Shown here: piece by piece, positions 62,352 to 64,000 of the stretch
Layout: every line of letters starts with the position of its first letter
Numbering within the stretch: position 1 is the stretch's first letter
Assembly (NCBI GenBank): GCA_045837725.1
Contig: JBEWZL010000253.1
Coordinates: 186,001-250,000 of the forward strand
Direction: 5' to 3'
Length of the DNA stretch: 64,000 nucleotides
From: Vermamoeba vermiformis
Taxonomy: Eukaryota
Program-made: the position numbers and the translations under genes
The notes under the pieces: generated by a model
Told to the model about the DNA's origin: nothing
The model's input: the letters and a program-made list of their open reading frames with translations, nothing else
The model's database searches: none

Positions 62352-63080
62352 ATTTGTTTTAAAACCTTTTTGTGTCTGTTGCACACTGTCATTCTCAGCT
62401 ACAACAAGGATTTTGATATTATCTGCAATTGGATAATAAAAACTTGATGCCATGCTCCTTCCACTTTTTCTCTTTTCTGAGTTAAAGCCAAGGTCAGGGT
62501 AACATCACAGAATGGGTAGACATAAATGACCTTCATATCAGAAGTGCTTTAGATCTTATAAGCTAGTAGTCATCAGTGCAATGGTTTGATCTGCTCTTGG
62601 CCCACTTGGTACTGTACAACCAACTGTACTCTTCAGGTCCTGTCTCAATTATGGCCTCATAAGGTTCTCTAGTGTTCTGAACTCAATTTCTGGATTCCAC
62701 ATCATCTGTTCTTTGCAAATAAAACACATAGTTTACACCAAACTTTGAATCTCAAAAAAGAAAACAACATTTATTTCAATTTCCACCACATAAGAGCTGA
62801 AAAGTAATCAGAGTTACAACAAAAGTCCTAGCTGGGTATCAATGCTTTCTCACTGAGTTGCCACAAGATATGGCAAGGTCCACGAGTCTCAGTCCTGAAG
62901 AAATTCAATTTTTCGAAGAAATGTTCGGAAACTGTAATAATTCATACAACTAAATTAAATAAATAGTACGTTAAAAACAAACAGAGCATACTAGAGAAAA
63001 AACAAAGTTTATGAAAAAGAATTTTGCATATGAAAAAGATGTATTTATTGTAAAACAAAACGTGCTACAGGCAAAAAGTT

Positions 63081-63793
63081 TTACAAGTCAAATGCCCTAC
63101 TTGGCATTAGATTTGGACTTCTTGGTGAAGTTTGTAGGTGACGAAGGTTCATCACGTTTGCGCTTTTGGAAGTTGCCGGGGTTTCATCCATGATGCCAGG
63201 CACATAAGGAGTCTCAGGCAAATCCTCATCCACGGCCATCTTAGCAGGAGTGTCAGGCAGTCCCAGTGGCTCATCATCTTCATCACCTTCTTGCACTTTG
63301 TTTGTAACAATCTCAAACAAAGTGTTTTGAAGGGCAGCGGCATCTTCTTGACTGGAGAAGCGTGAGGAAATGAACCTTGAAACATGCTGGCATGCCACCT
63401 CCTTGTTGTCGGTAAGCATGAAACCAAGGTAGGTGGCTGTCATGTTGACGCAAGTGCTCAGTCTCCGACTCCGTCATTTTTACGTCGTCAACTGTAGCAG
63501 CAAGAATGTAGCAAGGCCATTCCGTAACACCCCTATTGCTGTTTTAGTATTGTGTTAAAAAACAACACCATTATTAACTTACATTTCCTTGAATATCTCG
63601 TATCGATGGTTGCCGCCAAGAATTCGGTACTCGGGTTGCTTGCTTTTCTTCTTCGTTTTTTCGTCGGGCGGCAGCAGTTGAACAAGAAATGGCTCCGTAC
63701 GATTTAAACCATTCATGAAGTCACCAGCTCCTTGCGCAATAATGTTGTTCTTAATGGTGGCTTTTCCTTCTTCGGTAACAGTGCGGTACGTTC
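63081..63793 (-). pseudogene. ParB/sulfiredoxin-like domain gene, spliced, frameshifted; 5' end outside window; possibly part of a mobile element
   Basis: Exon 63793-63583 plus next exon from 63532 give YRTVTEEGKATIKNNI..PFLVQ..YRILGGNHRYEIFKEMGVTEWPCYIL. Frame breaks near 63460 and 63165. Confidence 0.6.
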
Positions 63794-63831
63794 CTATCGA
63801 AAATTATTAGAGCAACTTGAGAACAACAGTG

Positions 63832-63967
63832 AACGCGCCGCGCGTCCACAAATTTTTGAGTTTTTTATCAACGCGCCGCGCGTTCAAAAAAGGTAAAAAT
63901 ATTGTTTAAAAATACTACAACACATGTGCATAATAATCAGCTCTTTGGGCTGAACGCGCGGCGCGTT
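63832..63967. repeat. Three copies of AACGCGCCGCGCGT (two direct, one inverted)
   Basis: Copies at 63832-63845 and 63870-63886, with the exact reverse complement of the latter at 63951-63967, in AT-rich intron sequence. Confidence 0.85.
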
Positions 63968-64000
63968 TATGATTTTTAAAATTTACTTTTCTTTACCTCG

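Overview
Gene-dense, intron-rich eukaryotic nuclear DNA using the standard code, with about 31 protein-coding loci that I spliced by hand. The ORF track shows only exon fragments. Cycloartenol synthase, U12 introns, a CbfA-like JmjC protein and several bacterial-type enzymes suggest a free-living amoebozoan (inference). Core genes include RPC6, APC5, PNO1, RPAC2, TAT, TYSND1/DEG15, TFIIF-beta, TAF11, DPAGT1, CAS1, mitochondrial L32 and a papain-family protease. Most notable: (1) gene bodies are saturated with a few palindromes (TGACAnnTGTCA, CACGTG, CArG/MEF2-like boxes) that often coincide with branch points and acceptors; (2) a head-to-head ThiD-TenA / ThiE-ThiM thiamine-salvage pair with a central inverted repeat lies beside an intronless secreted VanX-type D-Ala-D-Ala dipeptidase; (3) unusual fusions occur (PH-EF-hand-inositol polyphosphate kinase, F-box-nucleotidyltransferase-like, F-box-histone-doublet-like-LRR); (4) two U12-type introns; (5) a spliced ParB/Srx-like gene next to a CpG-free tract at the right edge. 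Several single-base frameshifts and garbled homopolymers suggest imperfect assembly polishing. No tRNA, rRNA or CRISPR was recognised. All counts are by eye.
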